In this document: positions 54,129-64,000 of the stretch, one piece after another | Layout of the letters: the number at the start of each line of letters is the position of its first letter | Position numbering within the stretch: the stretch's first letter is position 1 | IMG/VR virus record: IMGVR_UViG_3300033067_001032 | Span: 4,103-68,102 of that record | Strand: one strand, 5' to 3' | DNA length: 64,000 nucleotides | Source: a virus | Taxonomy: Duplodnaviria; Caudoviricetes | The notes under the pieces: model-generated | Told to the model about the DNA's origin: nothing | The model's database searches: none | What the model saw: the letters and a program-made list of their open reading frames with translations, nothing else | Made by a program: the position numbers and the translations under genes

Positions 54129-55244
54129 TCAAAGGGCGGCCTTAGCGCCGCCCTTTTTATTTGACTTATACCGGCGTTCCAGAGTTAACATTGAGGTCCA
54201 ATGTTCATCCAAGATTTGCCCATCGCAGATGCTGAGAAACAGCACCCCCCAGAACCACCCCGTAGTCGAGTGTTTCGCGTATTGTTCGATATGGCCATAC
54301 GGGAGGGCGCACCCAGCGGAGATGGCCCTAACGGCGAGGTTAGGCCCCACCTTAGCGACATCGGCGGATTGCTTGTTGTGCGTGTGCCCATGTACAATAG
54401 AGAAAACACTGTCCGTTGCTATGCGCTGGGCGGCAGTCTTCCCTCCATAGGGGCGACCGATGCCATTGTTTACATGATGTATGAACCCGACCCCTCCCAC
54501 GAAGACGTATTCCCCATACGGCACGACCCGGAAACCGATATCCTCAAAGATACTCTTGACCCTTGGTACGATGATTCCATCGAGCTTACCGGAAGACTCC
54601 TCGAATCGTTGCGCTCGGTACTCATGGTTCCCTTCACAAAGAATCCTTTTCACGCCTTTATCGCCAAAGGCGCTATCGAAGAGATGTGCGGACTCGAGCC
54701 CGGCTTCGATATCGTCTTTGAGGGTGGGCGTGATGCTATGGGCTTTAGACCCCGGCTGCGCGTGATTGCTCATGGAGTCGAGCGTGAGCCAGTCTCCTAG
54801 CTGCACCACATGGGTTGGCTCATTGTCAGCGCACCACTTACCAATCCATGTGAGACGTTCATTTGAAATCGAAGGATCGACGTGTATGTCTGGAATAACG
54901 CAAACCCGGAGCACCTCCCCAGTGGGGGCTGCAAACATCCCCGGCTCGAACACTGGAATCTCTTTCGCCACTTCCACTGGTTTTTGATATTGAGGCGCCC
55001 GATATAATGACCAATCGACTTCAACTCCAAGACTACTCGCGGCTTGGATTCGCCGTCTCACGCTGGCGTGTCCTTTACACAAGCCTGCTCGGGCGCATTC
55101 CTCGGCAGCTACTTCAATCGCAGAACGCCCCACTCCATGAACGCCTGATGGACGCGCGCCTTGGCGGAGAGCGTGTTCAACGATTCTCACTATCGCTTGA
55201 AGTTCTTGCAGCTCAAACCCTGCCTTGGCCAAAATAGATACCAC
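54129..55244 (-). CDS. Calcineurin-like metallophosphoesterase with N-terminal HTH-like region
   Basis: IPDIH, QLGDW, EGNHE, VHGHTH. Confidence 0.85.
   Translation of the reverse strand: MVSILAKAGFELQELQAIVRIVEHALRQGARPSGVHGVGRSAIEVAAEECARAGLCKGHASVRRRIQAASSLGVEVDWSLYRAPQYQKPVEVAKEIPVFEPGMFAAPTGEVLRVCVIPDIHVDPSISNERLTWIGKWCADNEPTHVVQLGDWLTLDSMSNHAQPGSKAHSITPTLKDDIEAGLESAHLFDSAFGDKGVKRILCEGNHEYRAQRFEESSGKLDGIIVPRVKSIFEDIGFRVVPYGEYVFVGGVGFIHHVNNGIGRPYGGKTAAQRIATDSVFSIVHGHTHNKQSADVAKVGPNLAVRAISAGCALPYGHIEQYAKHSTTGWFWGVLFLSICDGQILDEHWTSMLTLERRYKSNKKGGAKAAL
54131..54160. terminator. Bidirectional terminator between convergent genes
   Basis: aaagggcggc-ctta-gcgccgccc-ttttt. Confidence 0.7.
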
Positions 55245-55312
55245 GCATGACTAGGTTTTTGATTTCAAGGGCTTAATAATAGAACAACACATGAACGATA
55301 GCTAGGCTAGTG

Positions 55313-58300
55313 TCAATCGCCACGGCCGTGAGCGTCCTCGAAGTCCTGGATCGGTTCGACCTGCTCGTTGTAAAGTTGCAGTTGACGGCGCAGTTCGCGC
55401 AGGCGTTCGTTCTGGTTCTGCTGATAGCGCTGGAAGGCCTCTTGGCGGGCGATTGTTTGAGTCTCCAACTGGGCGGCGCTCAGGCCAAGCCGATCATAGG
55501 CGCCGATGTCCCGGTTCATCTGGCGGCGGGCGGTGCTAACCCCCTCATTGATGGCATTGATGTCTCGATTGATCTCACCCCTGGTGCGTCGAACCTGGTC
55601 ATTGACCTCCATAACATTGATGTTGAAGCCGGTGAACATGCGGAGAAACAGGTAGGGCAGTTCCTCAATCGGCTTTCCAGATTGGGTGATGTGATCGCCG
55701 ACCGTTGCATCGGCCAGCCTTCCAAGTTCACCGCTACCCCATGAATCGGCCCGCCCGCCAGCCCCTGCCAAAGCCCCGCTGATAACGCCACGGAACATTG
55801 GCGGGGTGAAATAATCGGCGATGTAGCCAAGGCGGGCCATGTTCTTCTGGGCCTCGGTGTCGGATTCCTGATAGACCGGGAAGCCGGTATAGGGATCGAT
55901 GCCGGTCTTCATCACGGTGGCGATATCCAGGATCGGATTGCCGACACCTAGCTGAACCGCGGCCGTCACCGCATCACCGCGCAAAAGCGCGTTCAATGCG
56001 GCCAGGTCCTGGGTCCATGGATGCATCACTCCAAGATCGATGATCATGATGTGGCCTTGGCTATCACGCCATGGCAGCGGGATGGAGCCGAAGTTACGCC
56101 GATAGAATTCACTGAGCGCGCGGCGGAAGGCATCATGTTCGCGTGGAGACATGCCAAGCAGCGTTGCGGCGGCAAAGCTCATGATGTTGGTCCACAGAAT
56201 GACCGGCGCCATGAAGCGGATGGAAAGGTCCATGCCGCGGGCAAGGTTGCCGCGCTGGAATTCCCCGACAATACGATTAGCCTGATCGAATAGCTTCGGC
56301 GTGAGTTTGTAGTTATACGTGTTATGGGTGATGAACGGTTTGCCATTGCGGCGCGCAAGCCACGTGTGCGTGCCAACCACCTTCGGGCACCAGATAATTC
56401 CATCGTATGCAACCACATCACGTTTAGCGCGCCTAACGCAATAATCGCGTCCTTCACGGACGGTGATGTGCAGCATGTCGACACCATCTTTTTTTAGCTG
56501 ATTGAAACTCTTGCCTATGATGGCCAGAGCCATCTGAAATGTGGCCGCGGTCTGATTGTTTTTCTGGACGAAGCAGGCGCGACCATCGTCGGCTCCGATA
56601 TGACCGTCGCCCAGAATCATGATGCCGACAAGTCGCCCGATCTGCGCCTTAGTCATGCGCATGAGTACATGCGGATGCAATTGCTTATCCGGCGCTAGTT
56701 CACGTACAGCCATCCCTAGTCTGACTGGAACGTAGAACTGTTTAAGCGACTGTAGTTTTTCATTTTCTGACTGGGTTTGAACATTATTGAATGCGCCCAT
56801 ACGGTGCAGTAAGGCGGCGATCATGTCGGCTTTTGGGCCTGCATTTTGGGTAATGGTGATGGCGTTACATTTTCGATGTGGATGACCTTCTGTTATGTAC
56901 CAAGCCAACAATTCGACCATGTCATCAGACATGGGCTCGCCGACAGGTTGGTGATCGAAATCAGCCGCGGTTGGAATCAGATGAGATGTGTTTAGGTCTT
57001 TAGCCTGGACTAGCTTAGTGAAGTACGATTTTCCCTGGCGTGGTTTCACCACGCAGCGGTGATCGGGAGTCATCAACATATCAAGATGACGATCTTGGAC
57101 GTGGATCATGTCGCCGGTTTTATGAGCGCGGTAAACGCCTTCAATCATAGACCACTGCATCCGGCCGGTATCCATGTTGTATGATGCGGCAACATCTCCC
57201 TCCTTAACTTCATTCTGTTTCAGCCATCCACGCTGTGTCAGAATTTCTGTTTGATCGTCGACGCAGGCGAACGGAACCACCGAGTTACGCAGCACCCTCA
57301 CGCCATCGGCGATCATGGTGTAGTCTGGAGACCATTCATAGGCTTCGTTCATGGCGTCGCCTGGGGCTTGGCCTTTGTCCTTGATCTCATCGACGTACTT
57401 GGTGAAGCGAGCCCAAGTGTCCCAGAAGTTGAACATATCAGCGCCGTATTCCTTGACGCCTCCAGCGAAGGCTTTCAGGCCGGTGACGAAAGCCAGCTTG
57501 TCGCCGCTGGCGATACGTTCTTTTAGTTGCAGGCGGCGCACCAGTCCAAAGGCATGGCGAAGCTCGGTGGTGGAGTAGGTCCCGAACTTACCGCCAGAAG
57601 CCAGGAAGTCTTTCCACATCGGATCGTTGTTCTCGATCATGGATAGAGCTTCAAACTTCTTCTTCCAGGTGCCGATATTGATGGAGGTTAACCCAATCGC
57701 GCCGAGATCATGCGTCCCCACGCCATTGAAGTAGAGGGTGGAGGCGTTCTGGAAGATGGCGCGGGCATGACCCTTCGGGTTCAGCGTGGTCATCGCCTGC
57801 TTGAAGAATGACAGCGTGCGGTCGGCGCCCTTCTGCACCCAGTTCTTCGCCTGGGCCGGGCGCATGGTCTCGGTGAGAATATTGGCGATCCCCCTATGCA
57901 CAATCAGGCCGCGGAAGTTTCCATAGGCGTCGTTGTCTGGGCTGAGTTGGATGTATTGATCTCCGATGTAGCGGGGGTCGATGGTGTGCGAGGCAACCAG
58001 CGCATCCATGCGGGCCAGCCGGTCGGTGGCGATCTTACGCATGAAGTCGGTTTGATTGAGGGGAAGGTTCTTGCGGGCGATCTCGGCTTGCTGCGCCAGC
58101 GCCGCCGAGGTCATGACCCGGCCTTCAAAGTTCACCAACTGTTGAGGATAGAACCAGTTCAGTTGTTGATAGTCCGGGGCGGTATCGATCGAGCCGCCGC
58201 CCATGATGTGGGTCATCACATCTTCTTTGTGTTTGTCGGCCAGCGCTCCCTGGAATTCCAGCATGGCGTTCATGAAGTGCCAGTGCGCAAGGTCACGGTT

Positions 58301-61300
58301 CTGCTCCATGATGCCAGCCGCCGACAGGATCACCGGGTCGGTGATCTGGGCATCTCTTGTGGACCGCTCGAGAACCCGTCCAATGGAGGTGCCCTGGCGG
58401 GCCGCGCGCCAAATCGCCCCGCCCACAAAGTGATCGCCATAGCGCTTCTTCATCGGATAACGGCCGGAGGGGGACGGTGTGGCGTTAAAATCCGGGGCGG
58501 CCGAGATAAGATCGGCGGCGTCTATGTCGTCCTCCATCTGCTTGGCGCGCGCCTTGATGGCTGGCAGTGCGGCCCTTATGGTCGCGCTGCCCACATTACT
58601 GATCAGGCCGCGAGTGGTCTTTAGTTTGTTGGAGAGGAAGCGCCCGGCGCCGATGATGTCGTCATAGGAAGCGCCGTCCAGCAACGCCGACAATTGCTGA
58701 CGCAGGTCCTCGGCCTCCTCGGTGTGCTTGGTGAGGTCGAGGGCGCCGAAGATTTGCTGGTCCTTACCCGGCAACCGTTGCTTCAGGTAACCGGCGGACC
58801 CAAGCCGCATGCCGGTCATGGTGAGCGATTGCGCCACCGTGTCGAAGAACTTCCTCGGCAAGTACCTTCCGCGGTACTTCTCGAATTGCCGCGGATCGAG
58901 TCTGGCGATGCGGGTGTTCTCCTCGCCATAGAGATCGAACAACGCCTTCGATAGAACCGCCGCGGCCCTCACGTCTTCGTCGTCGATTGCATTAGGATCG
59001 GCGTCGCGAGTGGTCATGTAGTCCATGTACTGTTGGAAATCTTCCTCGGTCATGGTGTCGGCGAGACGAGACAGCCGTTGCACATGCTCACTACCAAGGC
59101 TGACCCAGCCAGCCGCCAGCCCGCGCAGGGAGAGGAAGTAGCCCTGGCCATTTAGGTTGGCCAAGGCGGTCATCTTGTAGGCGCTGTCCTTCATCCACCC
59201 GCCGATGCTGCGCAGCGCCGATAGATTGGGGTTGTGGGTTTCCAGGTTGCGGCCCCAGCGCACCAGTTGATTGATGATCTTGATCGACGTTCGTCTCGAG
59301 GCGGTGGTGGCGGTAAAGCCGCGCGGTGTTCTATCGATCACCTGACTGGCGATATCCTTGCCGCTACGCCCGGCATATCCCAGTCCTGGGATATCGGCTT
59401 CGGCAAAGCCCTGGAGTGTGGGGTTGCGGGCGCCGGTGCGCTCGGCGCCCTTATTGATGCGGCGCTTGATGCGCGCGGCGCGCTGTTCTGGAGTTTCCGA
59501 TGCGGCGCTCACCGTTGGCCGCGGGCCGCCAAACATGTATAGACCATCGGCGGTGCGGCGGGCGTTGAGCCGCGGGAATTCTTCCCCCATCCGCTTAGCT
59601 CTAGCGATAACCCTATTAACCTCTCGGTAAGAGATGCCGGTTTGATTTGCAATCTCACTCAGGCTAGCGCCATCCCGACGCAACTTCACCACGGCATTGA
59701 ATGTATCCGGGTCGATGCGATTCTGCTGTTGCCTAGCCACGCCGAGCGCCGACCTGGCTTGGGAGATTACCACCTTTATAGTTTGGTCGGATGGTTCATC
59801 GATTCTATTCACACTAACCCATGCCTTTAACTCACTGAGGATATCGATATTCTTACCGGCCTCGGCCTCGGCAACGAGGCGTCTAGCCTCGCCTAGTATT
59901 GATTTCTTGCGGTGCTTACCGGCATTTTTAACAAACGATGTGAGCTCTGCTGGGTCAACCGACATAGCGGTGGCTAACCGCTCCACCCCGCCATCGGCGG
60001 CCATGGCGCGGCGAATAGCGTGGCGAATACTAACACTTTGACCGGCAACACTACCCTTCCCCCTAGCGCTCTCCGTTTCAACGCCTAGCTCCACTTCGAT
60101 CTCAGGATCGGTGAGACCTTCATTGAACATCAGCACGATGTCCCTGGCCTCATAGTCGAGTCTCGGGAAGGTGGGCATCTTAAATTCACGCAGTGGGGCG
60201 AGCCTTGCATCCTCCTCGCGCTCGCGGACAATGTCCTCAATGCGAGCATCATGGCGTTTAATACCACGGGATACATCAGTGATGGAGCGTTCCTGGCGGG
60301 CCGCTATGCGAGCCAGGGTCCAGCCGGTTCCCGACCCAGCTAGCGGACCTGACTTGGCCCCACCGCGACGGGCCACCGATGTTCCATCGCCCTGGTGATG
60401 AAGGGTCCATGCCTCTTCATCTAGCATCGAACGGCGCTTCCAATCGCTGGAGCGGCGATTGGTTATGATTTGTTCGCGAGAACGGAGCTCCGGGAAATTG
60501 ATCGGCGGGGCAGAACGGGACTCGTCATTTTTGCGAGCGCCGGAACGAAGAAGCGAGCGGCGCACGTCCACCAGGTCGGCGGCTTCCCTGATCTTCTTAC
60601 CCTTGAAGAAACCTTCGCGCTGCATCTGCGCCGCGATCTCGGTTGGGCTCAGATAGTCGCCATCGCGCCTACTCTTCGAGAACGACAACTCCACTATGCG
60701 GACAGCCACCGCTGGCCTGGCGCCCGACTTACCCTTAGCCATCACGTAGTTGCGCCACTTGACCACGCTCGGTTCGGTGATGGTTTCGATGTTGGCGAAG
60801 ACTACCGGCCTGGGCACATCTTTTCTGGTGAGACGGTTGGAGCCGCGCCCGCTGAGTATGTACAATCCGGCATTCGGCCAGCCGCCCTGCACGCCCACGT
60901 CCAGGTCGAGAATAATGTTGCGCACCACCTCTTGCTTGATCGGTGATAGCTGTTGAGTGATGCCAGCAATAGCATCTTCGCGGGTGGCCCCAGCCTCGCG
61001 GGCTTGCAGGTACCTTCTCTTCACGCTCTGGGTAAGGGAGCGGATATTGCCGGTGATGTTCTGGCGCTGTGATTTAGGCATCGCCTCCGGATAGATCAGT
61101 CGGCGCTGAACCTCTCCCCTGTAGGTTTGGATGATTTGATACTTGTTGCGATCGATAAGCAGCTTGTTGCCGAGTTCGATGGACAATGAACGCTGCCCGC
61201 GATTATCGCGCTTACTGTCCAGGAACGCCGACAGCACATCCTCGGTAACATTGAGACGGCCAGCGATCTCGGCTAGTGAGGTGGCGGCGATCCTCTCGCG

Positions 61301-64000
61301 GAGGGTGGACTTAAGCTTGGCTACAGTGGTCGGTATCGCGGTTTCCGAGAATCCATAACGGGCGGCGATTCTTTCATAGGGATCGCCATCGACCACATCG
61401 ATGACTAGATCGCGGGCGATGGAAGAACCGAACTCACTTCTCGGACGGCCCAGCATGAACAGGCCGTCGTCTGATTTAGGCTTGCCACCTCTTCCGGCTA
61501 TTATCCTAAGCGAGTCTTCATCCCAAGTTATTCGTCTTACCCTATCCGCTATACCGGACAGGGCAGAAGTCTTTGTCTTATGTACTCGTCCACCAAGAAC
61601 ACGCTCGGCCAAAGCCACGGCATTGTCGGCGCTCAACTCCCCGTCATTTTGAAGTTCCTCCAAAGCAGATTCTCTTACGTTCTTATTTCTACTGAGTAGC
61701 CTACTCTCGTAGTTAGCGAGCCATTCTTCGGAACCCCGCTTAGCCCCCAGCATGAACAGGCCTGGGTCCTTGGAGCTCTCATCCATGGTGAACGAGTCGG
61801 CGACCTTGTTGTCTTCCGGAACCGAGAAGCGATGCGGGATGCCATAGAACCAGTTCAGGTGGGCGTTGTGGCCTTCGGCCTCGAAGAAGTTTTCATTGAA
61901 GCGGGTGATGCCATAGAACACCTCCGGGATGGAGAGTAGGTGGGATTTGAATAGCGCCTCGTTGGCTTTCCAGGCCAATTCCCTAGCTTTGAAAAAATCA
62001 TGCCGAGATGGATTAGCTTTACCGATCAGTTCGTTGTAGAGCTTCTCCGCCCTATTGATGTTAACCGTGGCGATGACATCACCGCCCGCCTTTTGGATGG
62101 CATGGTGAAGACGGCCCAACGCCAACGGCTTATCGCCGATTACATCCGCCACGCTATCGGTCCACGATGTCACCCGGCTACCGGTGTCATAGGCATGGGG
62201 CACAAAGTGTCCCTCCATGACCGTGCGCGGGGTGGGGCGCATATCGCGCCCGCCGCCCAGCATGTACAGGGAGCCGCTTTCATTGAACATCTTGTAGTAG
62301 GATGGCGGCGAATCTGGATAGGATTTCTCATCCTTAGTGAATCCGTAGCGTTCAAGCACCTCAGGAAGGAATGGGTTGAGCACATTCTCCACATAGACAC
62401 CGTTCATGCCATAGGCGCGGGCGGCGGCTTCAACCTCATTCATCAAGTTGCTGAACTTCCCGCGCGGCTGACGTTGATCCGGTGGTAGTTCTTCACTGAG
62501 ACCAGGGTGATCGGCATCGGTGGTTCTTTGCACGCTGGCAAAGTCCAGCACTAAGTGTCCCTTGCCGCGCTTCGATTTGCGCAGATACACGTCGTATTGA
62601 TTGATGTGGACCCAAGCATTGCGTGATGGGCTATCCATGAACTTGCGAAGCGGTTTGGAGATGCCGTTCTTGCCGCCAAGCATATACATCCGACCGGCGC
62701 CGTCGGCATAAAGTTGCCGATAGGTGTTTACAAAATCCTCCGGTGTCACCTCGTTCCAGGTTTTATCCATGGCGCCCATGGTCACCACCATAGCCCCGGC
62801 TTCATGATCTAGAACGCCCTCCATGATGGCGAGGTCAAGCAACGTCGACCGATACCTTTGGGTGTCCATGAGTAATTTATTGAAGGAATCCCGCAGCATC
62901 TGCGCATGCGGGCTATAATCATTGGCGATAGCCGCTAGCTTACGGCGGATATCCACCATTCGTTCGGTTTGATGGATGATTTCCTGGAGTGGGCCGTTCT
63001 CGGTGTTGAGTCCATCGGTCAGTTGCCGGAAGTTCTTCTCGACCTCGGTTTGACGGAGGGGATTATATGGCTTCTCTTCCGGTAGATTTTTGGCCTTGGC
63101 GACCTGGTTCATGAACTTCTTGAACTGGTTGTTCTGTCCCATGCCGAACATGAACATGCCGAGGTTATTCTTGAGCGCGGAGAATTGCGTGGCGCTTAAT
63201 TGGGCTTGAGCACCCAGGCCGGAGCTCTGTCTTCCATAGACATAATCGCGGGAGCGGCGACCCATCTCACCAGCCTGGATGCGAGCCAGGATGTCCTGCG
63301 CGTTGGTGTAGAGTTGAGATGGATCGGTGATGCCATTCATTCTGAGCATGCGCTGGGTGGCCTGGATCGCCTTGCGCATCTTCCCAAGGATGCCGCGCAT
63401 CTTTGGATCGGCCACGCCTTCGATGTTCTGAAGCGCCATGGCCACCGCCTCTTCGCGTTGGATCACCTTTGCTAGTTTTCTTGGCATACCGCTGGTGAAG
63501 TCGGAGTAGTTATCCAGCACCACGCGCTGGAAGGTTTCAGCGGCTTCCGGAGATACAACCCCATTCTCAACGCCGTGGGTCTTGGCGAATTCTTGCAGCG
63601 CCTTCATCTCTTCTGGCGTGATGAGGCCCATGTTCGACATGGCGTGGATCAGTTCATGGGTGGCCCGATTGAGCACAATGTCGGTCGCTTCGCGAAGAGA
63701 CTTACCCTCCAGGTCGCTCATGGCGATGGCGATAAAGTTGGCGTGGGCGATGCCTTGCGCAGTGTTGGCCGGGATCGGCCGGTCATGTGGATCGAGGATA
63801 TGGTCGACCACCCTGGTGGTCACATCGGTTAACCCGAACTGATCGGCCAGTTGGCGCACCGACTTAGCCAGCGCCGCCTTGAAGTTCTGGTAATCCGCGG
63901 TCTTGATTGGATGGATGCCGTTGTCGGGTCCATCATAGACATCAGGATCGATGCCGATGTTGTTGCTCACGCCAGCAATCAATGCGTCGGTGATTTCATC
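55313..64000 (-). CDS. Giant polyvalent internal virion/ejection protein (5'-truncated, >2,890 aa)
   Basis: Frame is open to the window edge (DEITDALIAG...). HELIH...EEAVA metallopeptidase, GNAT-like and HTH-like modules, intein, and an LPD38-like C-terminus (GNPILD...TGIDPYTGFPVY). Confidence 0.85.
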   Translation of the reverse strand, partial: DEITDALIAGVSNNIGIDPDVYDGPDNGIHPIKTADYQNFKAALAKSVRQLADQFGLTDVTTRVVDHILDPHDRPIPANTAQGIAHANFIAIAMSDLEGKSLREATDIVLNRATHELIHAMSNMGLITPEEMKALQEFAKTHGVENGVVSPEAAETFQRVVLDNYSDFTSGMPRKLAKVIQREEAVAMALQNIEGVADPKMRGILGKMRKAIQATQRMLRMNGITDPSQLYTNAQDILARIQAGEMGRRSRDYVYGRQSSGLGAQAQLSATQFSALKNNLGMFMFGMGQNNQFKKFMNQVAKAKNLPEEKPYNPLRQTEVEKNFRQLTDGLNTENGPLQEIIHQTERMVDIRRKLAAIANDYSPHAQMLRDSFNKLLMDTQRYRSTLLDLAIMEGVLDHEAGAMVVTMGAMDKTWNEVTPEDFVNTYRQLYADGAGRMYMLGGKNGISKPLRKFMDSPSRNAWVHINQYDVYLRKSKRGKGHLVLDFASVQRTTDADHPGLSEELPPDQRQPRGKFSNLMNEVEAAARAYGMNGVYVENVLNPFLPEVLERYGFTKDEKSYPDSPPSYYKMFNESGSLYMLGGGRDMRPTPRTVMEGHFVPHAYDTGSRVTSWTDSVADVIGDKPLALGRLHHAIQKAGGDVIATVNINRAEKLYNELIGKANPSRHDFFKARELAWKANEALFKSHLLSIPEVFYGITRFNENFFEAEGHNAHLNWFYGIPHRFSVPEDNKVADSFTMDESSKDPGLFMLGAKRGSEEWLANYESRLLSRNKNVRESALEELQNDGELSADNAVALAERVLGGRVHKTKTSALSGIADRVRRITWDEDSLRIIAGRGGKPKSDDGLFMLGRPRSEFGSSIARDLVIDVVDGDPYERIAARYGFSETAIPTTVAKLKSTLRERIAATSLAEIAGRLNVTEDVLSAFLDSKRDNRGQRSLSIELGNKLLIDRNKYQIIQTYRGEVQRRLIYPEAMPKSQRQNITGNIRSLTQSVKRRYLQAREAGATREDAIAGITQQLSPIKQEVVRNIILDLDVGVQGGWPNAGLYILSGRGSNRLTRKDVPRPVVFANIETITEPSVVKWRNYVMAKGKSGARPAVAVRIVELSFSKSRRDGDYLSPTEIAAQMQREGFFKGKKIREAADLVDVRRSLLRSGARKNDESRSAPPINFPELRSREQIITNRRSSDWKRRSMLDEEAWTLHHQGDGTSVARRGGAKSGPLAGSGTGWTLARIAARQERSITDVSRGIKRHDARIEDIVREREEDARLAPLREFKMPTFPRLDYEARDIVLMFNEGLTDPEIEVELGVETESARGKGSVAGQSVSIRHAIRRAMAADGGVERLATAMSVDPAELTSFVKNAGKHRKKSILGEARRLVAEAEAGKNIDILSELKAWVSVNRIDEPSDQTIKVVISQARSALGVARQQQNRIDPDTFNAVVKLRRDGASLSEIANQTGISYREVNRVIARAKRMGEEFPRLNARRTADGLYMFGGPRPTVSAASETPEQRAARIKRRINKGAERTGARNPTLQGFAEADIPGLGYAGRSGKDIASQVIDRTPRGFTATTASRRTSIKIINQLVRWGRNLETHNPNLSALRSIGGWMKDSAYKMTALANLNGQGYFLSLRGLAAGWVSLGSEHVQRLSRLADTMTEEDFQQYMDYMTTRDADPNAIDDEDVRAAAVLSKALFDLYGEENTRIARLDPRQFEKYRGRYLPRKFFDTVAQSLTMTGMRLGSAGYLKQRLPGKDQQIFGALDLTKHTEEAEDLRQQLSALLDGASYDDIIGAGRFLSNKLKTTRGLISNVGSATIRAALPAIKARAKQMEDDIDAADLISAAPDFNATPSPSGRYPMKKRYGDHFVGGAIWRAARQGTSIGRVLERSTRDAQITDPVILSAAGIMEQNRDLAHWHFMNAMLEFQGALADKHKEDVMTHIMGGGSIDTAPDYQQLNWFYPQQLVNFEGRVMTSAALAQQAEIARKNLPLNQTDFMRKIATDRLARMDALVASHTIDPRYIGDQYIQLSPDNDAYGNFRGLIVHRGIANILTETMRPAQAKNWVQKGADRTLSFFKQAMTTLNPKGHARAIFQNASTLYFNGVGTHDLGAIGLTSINIGTWKKKFEALSMIENNDPMWKDFLASGGKFGTYSTTELRHAFGLVRRLQLKERIASGDKLAFVTGLKAFAGGVKEYGADMFNFWDTWARFTKYVDEIKDKGQAPGDAMNEAYEWSPDYTMIADGVRVLRNSVVPFACVDDQTEILTQRGWLKQNEVKEGDVAASYNMDTGRMQWSMIEGVYRAHKTGDMIHVQDRHLDMLMTPDHRCVVKPRQGKSYFTKLVQAKDLNTSHLIPTAADFDHQPVGEPMSDDMVELLAWYITEGHPHRKCNAITITQNAGPKADMIAALLHRMGAFNNVQTQSENEKLQSLKQFYVPVRLGMAVRELAPDKQLHPHVLMRMTKAQIGRLVGIMILGDGHIGADDGRACFVQKNNQTAATFQMALAIIGKSFNQLKKDGVDMLHITVREGRDYCVRRAKRDVVAYDGIIWCPKVVGTHTWLARRNGKPFITHNTYNYKLTPKLFDQANRIVGEFQRGNLARGMDLSIRFMAPVILWTNIMSFAAATLLGMSPREHDAFRRALSEFYRRNFGSIPLPWRDSQGHIMIIDLGVMHPWTQDLAALNALLRGDAVTAAVQLGVGNPILDIATVMKTGIDPYTGFPVYQESDTEAQKNMARLGYIADYFTPPMFRGVISGALAGAGGRADSWGSGELGRLADATVGDHITQSGKPIEELPYLFLRMFTGFNINVMEVNDQVRRTRGEINRDINAINEGVSTARRQMNRDIGAYDRLGLSAAQLETQTIARQEAFQRYQQNQNERLRELRRQLQLYNEQVEPIQDFEDAHGRGD
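56321..57265 (-). mobile_element. Intein (315 aa), class 1, with LAGLIDADG-type endonuclease
   Basis: PFA|CVDDQTEILTQRGW...MTPDH...IIWCPKV...PFITHN|T; endonuclease motifs LLAWYITEG and LVGIMILGDG. Confidence 0.9.

Noticed and set aside
55313-64000. Virion RNA polymerase, ADP-ribosyltransferase or lytic transglycosylase domains in the giant protein
   Set aside because: No DxDGD/DFDGD, R-S-E or ES..N motif recognised in the visible part; the missing N-terminus cannot be judged.

Overview
A 64 kb stretch of a GC-rich tailed dsDNA phage genome (podovirus-type virion module; a perfect CtrA box suggests an alphaproteobacterial host). It is probably most of the genome, since both edges fall inside minus-strand internal-virion genes. 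Layout: (1) 1-27.5 kb, minus strand: terminase large subunit with a class-3-type intein, portal, GroES-like protein, scaffold, major capsid, decoration and tail proteins, tail fibre, spanins and ejection proteins. (2) 27.5-30.1 kb: an inverted TerS-like gene and a cluster of exported proteins. (3) 30.4-38.1 kb, plus strand, early-type region: nearly every gene is preceded by a repeated hairpin / U-tract / hairpin / SD cassette, and the region carries an amidoligase plus class II glutamine amidotransferase pair and many tiny membrane peptides. (4) 38.4-54.1 kb: primase-helicase, RusA, HslV-like peptidase, PD-(D/E)xK nuclease, ERF, SSB, HNHs, a C5 methyltransferase with an overlapping second-frame subunit, a tyrosine recombinase and an outer-membrane beta-barrel. 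(5) 55.3-64 kb: a >2,890 aa polyvalent virion protein with an HExxH peptidase, GNAT and HTH modules delimited by a repeated G-x-[YF]-[MI]-[LF]-G-like motif, and a second intein. No tRNA, rRNA, CRISPR array, DNA polymerase, RNA polymerase or endolysin was recognised. All family assignments come from motifs read by eye, not from database searches.
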